64,000 bases of DNA from an uncultured Acidimicrobiaceae bacterium (lineage in GTDB: Bacteria > Actinomycetota > Acidimicrobiia > Acidimicrobiales > RAAP-2): contig CAWIGU010000005.1 in assembly GCA_963835815.1 (NCBI GenBank), positions 195,827 to 259,826 on the forward strand. Direction: 5' to 3'. Position 1 is the first letter of the stretch; the number at the start of each line of letters is the position of its first letter. Under the pieces are notes generated by a model. It was not told the DNA's origin and made no database searches. It saw nothing but the letters and a program-made list of their open reading frames with translations. Positions 49,745 to 59,361 of the stretch are shown here, in pieces. The position numbers and the translations under genes are program-made.

Positions 49745-50501
49745 TCAGGTGCCGGTGAAGCGAGGCTCCCGCCGCTCCGCGCTCGCTGCAATCCCCTCGG
49801 CGAAATCCGACGAGTGGCGCAGGCTCTCCTGGACCTCGCATTCGTGATCCATGGCCAGGCGGAGGCGGTCGACCAGGCCTTGCCGAAGCGTGGCCCGGAT
49901 GGAGCGCACCGCCAAGGGGCCCGAGCTTGCGATGGTGCCCGCAAATGCGACGGCCGCGGGGAGGAGGTCCTCCTCTTCGCCGACCACGACGTCACACAGG
50001 CCAAGGGCCCGAGCTTCGTTGCCCCCCACCCGACGTCCCGAATAGAGCAACTCGGCCGCGTGCTGCTCGCCGACGATGCGGGGAAGGGTCACCGTCAATC
50101 CGAACCCGTGATGAAAACCGAGGCCGCGCGAAATTGGCACTGAAACGGCTCGCCGGCGTCGCGATGCGAAAGTCGGCCGAGAGGGCAAGCCCGAGCCCGC
50201 CGCCGATGGCCCCGCCGCCGACGGCAGCCACAACGGGAAGCGGGGCAGCGAAGAGGCGCAGGGCGTTGCGATAGAGGGCCGCGATGTCCTGCCCCTTGTT
50301 CGTGGCGAAGTCGAGCCCGGCACAGAAATGCCTCCCCTCTGACCGCAGGACGATGACGCGGCAGTCATCCGCCGCCGCCACCTCTTCATAGGCATCGGCC
50401 AACGCCACGAGGAGCGCCGTGTCGAAGAAGTTGTTGGGTGGGCGGTGCAGGCACACCACCGCGATGTGGTGGTCCGTGCGGTCGATCGAAACGTCGTTCA
50501 T
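49745..50501 (-). pseudogene. enoyl-CoA hydratase/isomerase (crotonase) family; frame break near 50121-50130
   Basis: N-half in ORF 49992..50501 (RHFCAGLDF, GGAIGGGLGLALSAD). C-half in ORF 49745..50395 (LGFHHGFGLTVTLPRIVG...). The span is 3n+1 nt. Confidence 0.8.
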
Positions 50502-51001
50502 TCGCCCTCCTCGAGGCTGCGCCAGTAGATGACGGCGTCCTCTCCGTCGACCGCGGCCGGTAGCCGCCCGACTTCGACAAAGCCGAGGTCCCTGTACATG
50601 TGGCGCGCCGGATTGGATGCAAAGACCAAATTGAATTGCATGGCGTCGAATCCCATCCGTCGCGCCTCGTGCAGCGAATGTTCTACCAGCTTGCGCCCCA
50701 ATCCTCTCCCCCGGTGCGGTCCCAGTACGAAGTACCCTGCGTTTGCGATGTGCGCCGCGCGGCCGACGAAATTCGGCTTTATATAGTAGGCGGCGATCAG
50801 CGCTCCTTCGGCCCGGACGATCCAGACCGCCGCGGTGTGCGCGATCCAGTACTCGTCAAAATCCACCCGGGAAAGTGGTGGGGCGTGAGGAAACCCGTCA
50901 CCCGCGTCGACGATCTGCCCGTAGGCCCCGAAGAGCGCGTCATGGTCGGCCGGCGTCGCCGGTCGCAGGTCGTCCGCCACCCTGATCCCGACCTCAGCCA
51001 C
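50498..51001 (-). CDS. GNAT-family N-acetyltransferase
   Basis: VLGPHRGRGLGRKLVEHSL motif. GTG 51001 overlaps the upstream VOC stop. ATGA overlap with the crotonase start. Confidence 0.7.
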   Translation of the reverse strand: MAEVGIRVADDLRPATPADHDALFGAYGQIVDAGDGFPHAPPLSRVDFDEYWIAHTAAVWIVRAEGALIAAYYIKPNFVGRAAHIANAGYFVLGPHRGRGLGRKLVEHSLHEARRMGFDAMQFNLVFASNPARHMYRDLGFVEVGRLPAAVDGEDAVIYWRSLEEGE

Positions 51002-51392
51002 TCCCGTAGGGGCGGGTGATGATCTCGAGAAGATGGCCGTCGGGATCCTGGAAGTAGACACCCCGCCCGCCGTCGGCCCTGTTGACTCGGCCGGGCTCGC
51101 GCAATCCGGGGTCCGCCCAGTAGTCGACGGCGCGGGCGGTCATCCGCCCGAAGATCTGGTCGAACTCTGCTTCGCTGATGAGGAAGGCGTAGTGCTGTCC
51201 TGCTATCGGCTCCGCGGTTTCGTGAAAATCAAGCGACACCCCGTTCTCAAGGTCGGCCACGAGAAACGGGCCGAAGGGTTGGGCCGTGGGCAGGCCCAGG
51301 ATTTCGGTCAAGAATGCCGCCGAACGGCGTTTGTCCCGGCACCAGACGATGGTGTGATCCAACTTCACGCTCACGGATGCCTCCTCCCTCAC
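50994..51392 (-). CDS. VOC (glyoxalase/bleomycin-resistance/dioxygenase) family protein
   Basis: 132-aa ORF with VKLDHTIVWCRD...HYAFLISEAEFD...GVYFQDPDGHLLEI. Confidence 0.75.
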   Translation of the reverse strand: MREEASVSVKLDHTIVWCRDKRRSAAFLTEILGLPTAQPFGPFLVADLENGVSLDFHETAEPIAGQHYAFLISEAEFDQIFGRMTARAVDYWADPGLREPGRVNRADGGRGVYFQDPDGHLLEIITRPYGSG

Positions 51393-51593
51393 CTGACCAT
51401 GTCGTCCTGCCCGACCCGCTCGGGCCCGATCATGGACGGACTGACGCTACTCGTCCTCTTCGGCGAGGCAGCGAGCAGGTCCGGGATGTCCCCCCGAGAG
51501 CCCCGAAGTGCGGGGTGGGCCCAGGTGCATCTAGCCTTCGATCGCGTCGCACCGGTACTGCGCAGTCTTGAAACTTCAGAGAGGAAACGAAGA

Positions 51594-52262
51594 ATGAGCG
51601 ATCTGCTCCTGGCAGAAGAACGTGAAGCGGTAGCGGGCGCAAGCCGCCACTTGGCCGAGGAAGGCCTCGTCATCGGCACGGCGGGCAACATCTCCGCCCG
51701 CAAGGGAGACCTGGTCGCCGTGACTCCCACGGGATCCGATCTGGCCAAGGTCACCGCCGAGATGGTGACGGTCATCAACCTCGATGGAGAGGTAGTGGAC
51801 GGCGACCTTGCCCCCACCTCCGAAGTTCCGCTCCACACGGGCATCTACCGCGCCACCAACGCCCTGGCCATCACCCACGCGCATGCCATGGCATCCACCG
51901 CGCTGTCCACCACGCACGATGAGCTGCCAGCCCTCCACTACAGCTGCCTGGGACTGGGCGGCACGCCGCGCACGGCGGCCTATGCCACCTTCGGCTCGGA
52001 GGAGCTGGCGCAGAATGTCATCAAGGCGCTCGACGGGCGCAATGCCGCGATGATGCAGAACCACGGGTCCATTGCCTATGGCAGCACCATGGATCAGGCC
52101 GTCGAACGCCTCGAACTCCTCGAGTGGCTGGCCGAGTTGTATTGGCGCGCGTCGTCGATGGGCACCCCGCGTGTGCTCGGCGACAAGGACTTCGAGGCCA
52201 TCATCACCGCTGCCATGTCCCGCGGCTATGGCGCCGTACGGAAGGCCGACAAGAGCGAGTGA
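51594..52262 (+). CDS. class II aldolase/adducin-family protein (fuculose-phosphate-aldolase-like)
   Basis: ATG 51594 follows GAGAGGAAA. Motifs GNISAR, VPLHTGIY, HAHAMAS, QNHGSIAYG. Confidence 0.8.
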   Translation: MSDLLLAEEREAVAGASRHLAEEGLVIGTAGNISARKGDLVAVTPTGSDLAKVTAEMVTVINLDGEVVDGDLAPTSEVPLHTGIYRATNALAITHAHAMASTALSTTHDELPALHYSCLGLGGTPRTAAYATFGSEELAQNVIKALDGRNAAMMQNHGSIAYGSTMDQAVERLELLEWLAELYWRASSMGTPRVLGDKDFEAIITAAMSRGYGAVRKADKSE

Positions 52263-52274
52263 CGTGGTCGACAC

Positions 52275-54605
52275 TCAGCTCAGCAACGCTTTGTGCCGTT
52301 CCCGGGTGAAGAGCTCGACGGACCCCGCCAGGTCGGCTTGCACCTGGCGCTGGGTCTCGAGCAGTTCGTCGGCCCAGAGCATCTGCAACGTCGTGCGTAG
52401 TTGGTCGCCGCGGTGATGGCTGCGTGCGTCCTCGAATGCCGTCCGGAGCACACCGTGCAACGTCTGGTCGTGGACGGGGGGCCGGTCCATCGAACCGCGC
52501 TGGCCACGCAGGACCTCGCCGAACTCCTCGTACCAGCGGTGGCTCGCTGCGTAGGAGTCCCGTAGCACCGCGCCGGCGACCGCGACAGATTCGAGTTCGG
52601 ACGTGCCTCGCTCCGGTGGGAGCAAGGGCAACGACGACAGCGTGAACGCTGCCAACCGGATGCGATTCGAACCGGTGAAGAGACTGGCGACGACCTCCAC
52701 CGGCACGACCTTCGCCCCACGTTCCGCCAGGAACTGTCGGAACGCGTCGTCCAGCCTCAGGTAAGCGGCCTGCGAGGCCCGCTGGCCTGGAGCCGTGTCC
52801 ACGGCATCATTCGGGGTGGTCAGGCGAACCACGGCATCGGCCAGGTAGCTCGAGCTCCTCACGAACGCGTCGGACAATGCTCGTCCCAGGGCTGCCATGG
52901 CCCCCCGGGGCCAGAACAACAGACCCACGACGATGCTGACCCCGCATCCGATCGCCACGTCCTCGATCCTGGTGAGGCCGACCTTCCAGCCGGTGGGCTG
53001 GATGATGTTGAACAGAATGATCACCACCAGGGTGAACGCAGCCTGGCCGGCGGCAAACGAGATCATGGACGGTGCCACGCCCGACACCAGAACCGCGAGC
53101 GGAAGGAGCACCCAGAGCGCGACGGGGTGACCGCCTACGCCAATGGTGACGGCCGCGCCCACGACAAAACCCACGGCCGTCCCCCCGATCGCGCGCAACG
53201 CCGTCGCACCTGTACCGAGGGCATTGGATCGCAGCACTGACAGCGTGCCCAGCACCACCCAGAATCCGTGCTCGACATCGGTGATCTCGATGACGGCCAC
53301 CGCCAACGCGAGACCGGCGCCTCCCCGCACGGCATTGCGGAACCAAACGGAACGAAACGAAAGGTGAGAGAGGAGCCGGGGCCACAGCTGGAGGGCTCCG
53401 GCATCGATCCCGGCACTCCACTTCTGTCCGCCGTCCGGGTGCACACCGGCAGCCTCAAGGGCGGTGTCGGCGACCATCAAGGTTGCGATGCCCAAGGCTC
53501 GGGCCCCGAAGCTTGGGTCCAGCGAGGATGCGAGGGCCTCCTCGTGATCGTCGCCGACGGCGTCACTCTCCTGCCGGCGCACGTGATCGCGACGATCGGC
53601 GTCGGGCTCGATCAGCGTGGACACCTCGGCGGCGAGCTCGTGGCCCATGAGGTCGTCGAGCTCCTGCATGCTCTCCCGAAGCGCGCGCACGCACTCCGCA
53701 TCGTCCACCGGATGGGCCTGCTGATCGCAGATGAGGTCGGCGCTCCGGCGCAACGTCTCGGCTGCGGCGCCGACTAACGTCTGCACGTGCGGCATCCGCC
53801 GGACCGCGGACCCCTCGTCGAGCAGACCTGCATTGCTGGCGGCCCATTCCACCCGACCGACGAGCTTGGCCAGGGCGACCGCGCTCCCGGCCGCACCGGT
53901 GGGCGGGTACGGTGTGCCCGCGAACTGCTCCCGCAGCCGGGAGAGCTCCGCCCGTACGGTCGAGGCCGCCACGGGATCTGGCTTGCCTCCGGCGTTGGCG
54001 GCCGCCAGGCCGGCCACCGCTCCGACGGCGGCCGACAAGCGACGTCGCAGATCGTCATGCCACGGCGTGGGCCACAGCACCATGCAGGCGGTGATGCACA
54101 CGACGCCCGCGAACGCCCACCCGAGCAGCCGTGGGCCGATGGCCGATGCCGGCTGGGCCACCGCCACCGGCAGCACGAAGACGAGCAACGTCGCCGTCGA
54201 TGCCGCTGCCGCGAGCGGTGACACGATCCCCGCGAAGAGCACGGCGAAACCCACGACAGCCATCACCGCGACAGCTGCCCATTTGTGCGTCGAGACAACC
54301 GTTCCCAGGGCGATCAGGCCGCTCCCGACCAGCCAGAGCAGGACGTAGGAAAGCAGGCGGATGCGGGGGGGACCCGGGAAGTCGACCAACAGGAGGATGG
54401 AGAATGATCCCAACGCCCCCAAGAGACTGACCTGCGGGTCGGAGAAGAGAACGTGGGTGAGACCGAACACGGTGGGCATGGCGATAGCCGCCCGCACCGA
54501 CCGTTTGATGGCGAGGAGACCGGGATCCTTGCGCCGGACCCACTCCGCCCGGCGACCCCATGTCCCACGACTTCCACCTGTCGGCGCGAGACGTCCCCCG
54601 GTCAT
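52275..54605 (-). CDS. FUSC-family (fusaric-acid-resistance / aromatic-acid exporter-like) membrane protein
   Basis: ATG 54605 (MTGGRLAPTGG...). Two multi-helix membrane blocks are separated by and followed by soluble helical regions. 776 aa. Confidence 0.7.
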   Translation of the reverse strand: MTGGRLAPTGGSRGTWGRRAEWVRRKDPGLLAIKRSVRAAIAMPTVFGLTHVLFSDPQVSLLGALGSFSILLLVDFPGPPRIRLLSYVLLWLVGSGLIALGTVVSTHKWAAVAVMAVVGFAVLFAGIVSPLAAAASTATLLVFVLPVAVAQPASAIGPRLLGWAFAGVVCITACMVLWPTPWHDDLRRRLSAAVGAVAGLAAANAGGKPDPVAASTVRAELSRLREQFAGTPYPPTGAAGSAVALAKLVGRVEWAASNAGLLDEGSAVRRMPHVQTLVGAAAETLRRSADLICDQQAHPVDDAECVRALRESMQELDDLMGHELAAEVSTLIEPDADRRDHVRRQESDAVGDDHEEALASSLDPSFGARALGIATLMVADTALEAAGVHPDGGQKWSAGIDAGALQLWPRLLSHLSFRSVWFRNAVRGGAGLALAVAVIEITDVEHGFWVVLGTLSVLRSNALGTGATALRAIGGTAVGFVVGAAVTIGVGGHPVALWVLLPLAVLVSGVAPSMISFAAGQAAFTLVVIILFNIIQPTGWKVGLTRIEDVAIGCGVSIVVGLLFWPRGAMAALGRALSDAFVRSSSYLADAVVRLTTPNDAVDTAPGQRASQAAYLRLDDAFRQFLAERGAKVVPVEVVASLFTGSNRIRLAAFTLSSLPLLPPERGTSELESVAVAGAVLRDSYAASHRWYEEFGEVLRGQRGSMDRPPVHDQTLHGVLRTAFEDARSHHRGDQLRTTLQMLWADELLETQRQVQADLAGSVELFTRERHKALLS

Positions 54606-54684
54606 CACATCCTCGCGGTCGATTGAACGAGCGGCCAACGACAATCGCGCATGGTGAGGTGAAGCTACCCCGAAGCCAAGCCCG

Positions 54685-55101
54685 ATGGAACGGGTGGGCG
54701 TCCCGGCGTCCGCTCTGCGAGAGAGCCACCTGCCCTCCGGTTGGACGCCGCTCCAACTCCTCAAGCACTTGACCTTCGTCGAGCTGCGGTGGCTCGTCTG
54801 GGGCTTCGAGGGCCACGAGGTCGCCAATCCGTGGGGTGATCTGGCGGTTGATCGTTGGCACGTTCCTGCGGACGAGAGCCTGGAGCAGCTGGCGACCGCC
54901 TTGCGGTCGCAGGGAGAGCACAGCCGCAAGGTCATCGTGACGAACGACCTGGCCCACGTCGGGCGGCCGGGCCCGCGCTGGGACGGAGCCGATCCCCCGA
55001 CGCTCGAGCGCATCCTCTTCCACCTGCTCCAGGAGTACGCACGTCATGTCGGGCATCTCGACATCGTCGTGGAGCTGATCGACGGTTCCGTGGGCGAATA
55101 G
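54685..55101 (+). CDS. DinB-like (DUF664 / mycothiol-transferase-like) protein, short N-terminus
   Basis: LPSGWTPLQLLKHLTFVELRW...LLQEYARHVGHLDIVVELIDG. A stop lies 10 codons upstream of the ATG. Confidence 0.6.
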   Translation: MERVGVPASALRESHLPSGWTPLQLLKHLTFVELRWLVWGFEGHEVANPWGDLAVDRWHVPADESLEQLATALRSQGEHSRKVIVTNDLAHVGRPGPRWDGADPPTLERILFHLLQEYARHVGHLDIVVELIDGSVGE

Positions 55102-55225
55102 GACATGATCGATGAGCCTCCCGATCGATCGGTCAACGCCTCGAAGTCGATGTGACGGCGGGAATGCCATATCGTTGCAGCGGGCGAGCCGGATGAGCCC
55201 GGGGACACCGGGGGGCGAGGAACGT

Positions 55226-56857
55226 ATGAGCACGCAGGAAGAAGTGGAGACCGACAGGTCGGGCGCGACGGACGTCTTGGACCTGGTCATCGTCGGCGCA
55301 GGGTTTGGCGGACTCTACGGCATTCATCGCGCCCAGCTGCTGGGGCTCTCGGTACGCGCGTTCGAGGGGGGCGATGACGTCGGCGGGACCTGGTACTGGA
55401 ACCGCTATCCCGGCGCCCGCTGCGACGTCGAGTCGGTCGAGTATTCCTACGGCTTCTCCGAGGAGCTCCAGCAGGAGTGGGTGTGGTCCGAACGCTATGC
55501 CGGCCAGCCTGAGCTGCTGCGCTATGCCCAGCATGTGGCTGAGCGCTTCAACCTGCGCCATGCCATCACCTTTGGCACACGGGTGCTTTCGGCCACCTAT
55601 GACGATGCCGCAGGGCACTGGGAGATCTCCGCCTCGAACGGGGAACAGGTCTCGGCCCGGTTCGTGGTCCTCGCCACAGGATGTCTGTCGGCCGCCAATG
55701 TGCCCGACATCCCCGGACTCGAGACCTTCTCGGGACGCGTTCTCCACACCGGTCGGTGGCCACGGGAAGCGGTCGACTTCTCCGGCCAGCGGGTCGCGGT
55801 GGTCGGCACCGGCTCTTCGGCCATTCAGGCGATTCCGATCATTGCGCGCGACGCAGCGCAGCTGTTCGTCTTCCAACGCACTGCCAGTTACTCCGTTCCC
55901 GCTCGCAACGCGCCACTCTCGTCCGAAGAACTCTTCCGCATCAAAGCGGACTATGCCGGCTTTCGCGCTCGCAACAGGGCCATGCCGGGAGGATTCGGCG
56001 CCGATCTCGGGTGGAACACGGCTTCCGCCCTTGACTACACCGCCGAACAGCGCGACGCACAGTACGAGGAACGGTGGCGACGCGGGGGATTCGCGTTCAT
56101 CGGGTCGTTCGGCGACACTTCGGTCAACAAAGCGGCGAACGATCTTGCGGCGGATTTCATCCGGCGCAAGATCAAGGGCATTGTGAACGACCCCGCCGTG
56201 GCAGAGCTGCTCTGCCCCGAGCAGCCGGTCGGCTGCAAGCGCATGGCCCTGGACACGGGCTACTTCGAGACATTCAACCGCGAGAACGTCACGCTGGTCG
56301 ACATCTCACAGCACCCCATTGAGCATGTGGACAGCACAGGGTTGTCCGTCAACGGCGAGCACTACGAGGTGGACATGCTCGTCATGGCCACCGGCTACGA
56401 CGCCATGACGGGTTCCTATACGGGCATCGACATCAAGGGCAGGGACGGCCGGCAGCTGAAGGAGGCGTGGGCCGGAGGCCCCATCACGTATCTCGGGCTG
56501 GGGGTCCCCGATTTCCCCAACCTCTTCATTGTGGCCGGGCCCGGGAGCCCGTCAGTGTTGACCAACATGGTCCTGGCCGCCGAGCAGCACGTGGATTGGA
56601 TAATCGACTGCATCGACTTCATGAATACCCACGACTTGGCCACCATCGAGGCAAAGGATGAGGCGGCACAGCAATGGGTCGAACACGTGAACGGGATCGC
56701 CGCGTTGACCCTCTACCCCACCTGCAATTCGTGGTACCTGGGAGCCAACATTCCCGGGAAGGCCCGTGTCTTCATGCCCCTTCTGGGCTTTCCCGACTAC
56801 GAGGTGCGCTGCAACGAGGTGGCGGCCGCCGGGTACTCGGGCTTCGAGGTGCGCTGA
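55226..56857 (+). CDS. Baeyer-Villiger-type flavin monooxygenase
   Basis: GAGFGG, GGTWYWNRYPG, BVMO fingerprint FSGRVLHTGRWP, second Rossmann GTGSSA. ATG 55226 follows GAGGAA. Confidence 0.85.
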   Translation: MSTQEEVETDRSGATDVLDLVIVGAGFGGLYGIHRAQLLGLSVRAFEGGDDVGGTWYWNRYPGARCDVESVEYSYGFSEELQQEWVWSERYAGQPELLRYAQHVAERFNLRHAITFGTRVLSATYDDAAGHWEISASNGEQVSARFVVLATGCLSAANVPDIPGLETFSGRVLHTGRWPREAVDFSGQRVAVVGTGSSAIQAIPIIARDAAQLFVFQRTASYSVPARNAPLSSEELFRIKADYAGFRARNRAMPGGFGADLGWNTASALDYTAEQRDAQYEERWRRGGFAFIGSFGDTSVNKAANDLAADFIRRKIKGIVNDPAVAELLCPEQPVGCKRMALDTGYFETFNRENVTLVDISQHPIEHVDSTGLSVNGEHYEVDMLVMATGYDAMTGSYTGIDIKGRDGRQLKEAWAGGPITYLGLGVPDFPNLFIVAGPGSPSVLTNMVLAAEQHVDWIIDCIDFMNTHDLATIEAKDEAAQQWVEHVNGIAALTLYPTCNSWYLGANIPGKARVFMPLLGFPDYEVRCNEVAAAGYSGFEVR

Positions 56858-56885
56858 ACTCGAGCCCGGTCGTGTGCTGCAGCCT

Positions 56886-57318
56886 CTACTGGGCGAAGTT
56901 GAACATCCAGCGCACACCGAAGCGGTCGAGACAGGTACCCCACGTGGCACCCCAGAACATGTCCGCCAGGGGCGCACAATCGGTGGAACCTTCGGAGAGC
57001 GCGTCGTAGAGACGCTGGACTTCTTCACGGGTGTCCGGTTCGAGATTTATCGTGGTATTGTTCCCGATCCGCAGTTCGTGCCCCATCGACTGCACCATAT
57101 CGGTAGCCATAATGACGTGACCACCCAGGATCGGCAGCTCGACGTGCATCACCATCTGCTTCTCGGCGTCGCGTCAACGTGGGACCGTTGGGGTCGGCGG
57201 GAACGTCGCCCAGACGCTGGATAGGTCCGAGGTACTCGGTACCGAACACTGACCGGTAGAACTCGAACGCCTCCTCGGCGTTTCCCATGAAATTCAGGTA
57301 CGTGCTGACTCGGGCCAC
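56886..57318 (-). pseudogene. VOC/PhnB-like (3-demethylubiquinone methyltransferase-domain) protein; frame break near 57165-57176
   Basis: N-terminus in ORF 57025..57318 (MARVSTYLNFMGNAEEAFEFYRSVFG). The remainder is in ORF 56886..57155 (MVMHVELPILGG...FGVRWMFN). The span is 3n+1 nt. Confidence 0.75.
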
Positions 57319-57418
57319 GGTTCATTCTCCTTCGGTCGGGGATCTCTGCATGATTGACGAAGCCGGCCGGCGAAACTCATCGCAGAGCACGACCCGATGA
57401 CCCGACTGACGTCGTCGA

Positions 57419-57889
57419 CTACTCGCGCCACCACGTCTGAAAGCGGATCGCCGGTACGCCCTCCACCGGGGGTGGCACGTCGTCGGCGGTGAGGCGGAAC
57501 GTCGTGTCAAAAGAGGGAAAGAACTTCGTACAACCAAAGTCGCCGGCGACACGCGTCAGGGCGATCTCCTGCACGACATCGAGCGTCGAGGCATAGAGCG
57601 TGGCGCCGCCGATGATCCAGAGGTCTCCCTCGAACTCGGAAACAAAGGAGTGGAGATCGTTGACGGGGAGAAAGCCCTCTCGCAAGGCCTCTGTTCGGCG
57701 GGTGGCGACATAGTTGGTACGCCCCGGCATGGGACGCACGAACTCGACGTAGGTGGCATACCCCATCACCACGTTGGACCCCGTCGTCAGCTCTCGGAAA
57801 TGCGCGACATCAGCCGGAACGCTCCAGGGGATCCCGGTATCGGTGGAGATACCGAGCTGGTCGTCGACGGCGGCAATGGCACGGATCAC
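57419..57889 (-). CDS. folA: dihydrofolate reductase(-like)
   Basis: IRAIAAVDDQLGISTDTGIPWSVPADVAHFRELTTGSNVVMGYATY...PMPGRTNYVATRR...WIIGGATLY. Confidence 0.75.
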   Translation of the reverse strand: MIRAIAAVDDQLGISTDTGIPWSVPADVAHFRELTTGSNVVMGYATYVEFVRPMPGRTNYVATRRTEALREGFLPVNDLHSFVSEFEGDLWIIGGATLYASTLDVVQEIALTRVAGDFGCTKFFPSFDTTFRLTADDVPPPVEGVPAIRFQTWWRE

Positions 57890-57956
57890 GCCGCCCTCAC
57901 GCGATTTCCGCGAACCGCGGCATACCCTGACGCCCGACCCAGATGGTCACCGGGCG

Positions 57957-59309
57957 TCATCTTCCTTCGCCGAACACGTAGCGGTCGACCACTTCGTGGA
58001 AACGGCGTACCCCCATTTCTTGGCGCAGATTCCATCGCAGACCGGGGCCTTCAGGAACCATGAGGCCACGCTGGATGGCGTCGAAATTGGCCATGTCCTG
58101 ATTGACCACCAGACCCCAATCGTGTGATCGACAATCGGGAATCCATTCCGTGGCCGGCACCGGCTGCCGCGGTGCGGACGCCGGAAACTCCTGGAGCGTC
58201 CACAGTTCGAAGATGGAGGTGGTGGGGTCATCACCGTTCGGCCTGCACCGATAGGCGAACCATCCTCCCGCAACGATCGGGCCCAGGAGGTTGGGGAAGA
58301 GGAGGGGGTCGTCACCACCCATGACCTGCTCGTCATTGAGATGCGACCAGTCCAGACCTCGGTCCGCCGCACCGTGGCGTCGCCGCGCCAGGTAGAAGTC
58401 GCCCGCGCTGGTGCCGGCCGGCAGCGGAGTGTTGACGATCTCCTCCAAAGCAGCCAGGTCATCAGGGCCGAAGTAACCCGGAAGATTTTCGACGAGGTCG
58501 CGGATCTTCAGGGACAACAAATGGTTCTGGTCGACGTCCCCGGGGTCGATCTCCAGCCGGGGGCTCGGTTTGGGCTCCCCTCCTCCCCCGTAGAGGGTGT
58601 GGGTGTCGAACACCTTGTACTCCAGCGCCGTGTCGTCCTTCCACCGGAGCAACTCAGGATGGGTTGCGGCGATGTGGTAGCCCTCGTTGAAAGCGTCGAC
58701 GACAACCTTCCAATTGGCCGGCACAATCGTCGACTTGTGACCGGTCAGACGCATCCCCTCAGGATTGTAGGGATCGAGGATCGCAGGCATCGGCCCCAGG
58801 AACTCCCGCAATGGCTCGGGGCTCTTGTCGAAGTGCACGAAGACGAACCCGCCCCAGGTATCGACGGAGGCCTCCCGCAATCGGACATCCTCGGGGTCGA
58901 GTGGCGGGAACTCGTGGCGATCGAGAATGAACGTATTGGCTCCCTCAAAATCCCATCGCCACCCATGGAAACGGCAACGAATCTCGCCGAAGAATCGACC
59001 ACATCCCTCCGCCAGTCGCGTGCCTCGGTGCGGGCACGTATTGAGAAATGCCCGCAATTGTCCCGATTGCCCCCGCACCACCACCAACGAGCGCGGCCCG
59101 ATCGAGTACTCGACGAACGACCCGGGGTCGGCCAGCTCTTCGACGCGGCACGCAATCTGCCACACGTGTGGCCACAGCCGCTCATACTCGAGCTCGAGGA
59201 ATTCCCGCGACGTGAAGCGGCCCCGCGGAATGGTGTCTGAACCCACACACCGGAGGTTCTCGACTCCCGCCTGCTGACGTACAACAGTCAATCCACCCTC
59301 CCCCATCAC
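57957..59309 (-). CDS. Rieske [2Fe-2S] aromatic-ring-hydroxylating oxygenase, alpha subunit
   Basis: Rieske motif CPHRGTRL...CRFHGWRW and mononuclear-iron region NEGYHIAATHP. 450 aa. Confidence 0.85.
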   Translation of the reverse strand: MMGEGGLTVVRQQAGVENLRCVGSDTIPRGRFTSREFLELEYERLWPHVWQIACRVEELADPGSFVEYSIGPRSLVVVRGQSGQLRAFLNTCPHRGTRLAEGCGRFFGEIRCRFHGWRWDFEGANTFILDRHEFPPLDPEDVRLREASVDTWGGFVFVHFDKSPEPLREFLGPMPAILDPYNPEGMRLTGHKSTIVPANWKVVVDAFNEGYHIAATHPELLRWKDDTALEYKVFDTHTLYGGGGEPKPSPRLEIDPGDVDQNHLLSLKIRDLVENLPGYFGPDDLAALEEIVNTPLPAGTSAGDFYLARRRHGAADRGLDWSHLNDEQVMGGDDPLLFPNLLGPIVAGGWFAYRCRPNGDDPTTSIFELWTLQEFPASAPRQPVPATEWIPDCRSHDWGLVVNQDMANFDAIQRGLMVPEGPGLRWNLRQEMGVRRFHEVVDRYVFGEGR

Positions 59310-59361
59310 GTGGAATCACCCTGGCACCGCGCTTCTCCGCCCGAGGATAACACCGAGCGTC

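Noticed and set aside
54560-54772. ORF 54560..54772 (+), or the ATG at 54651, as the missing N-terminus of the DinB-like protein.
   Set aside because: Neither alternative frame shows the expected DinB helix-1 pattern. ATG 54651 is followed by a stop after two codons. The available space (under 80 nt to the divergent FUSC start) is too small anyway.
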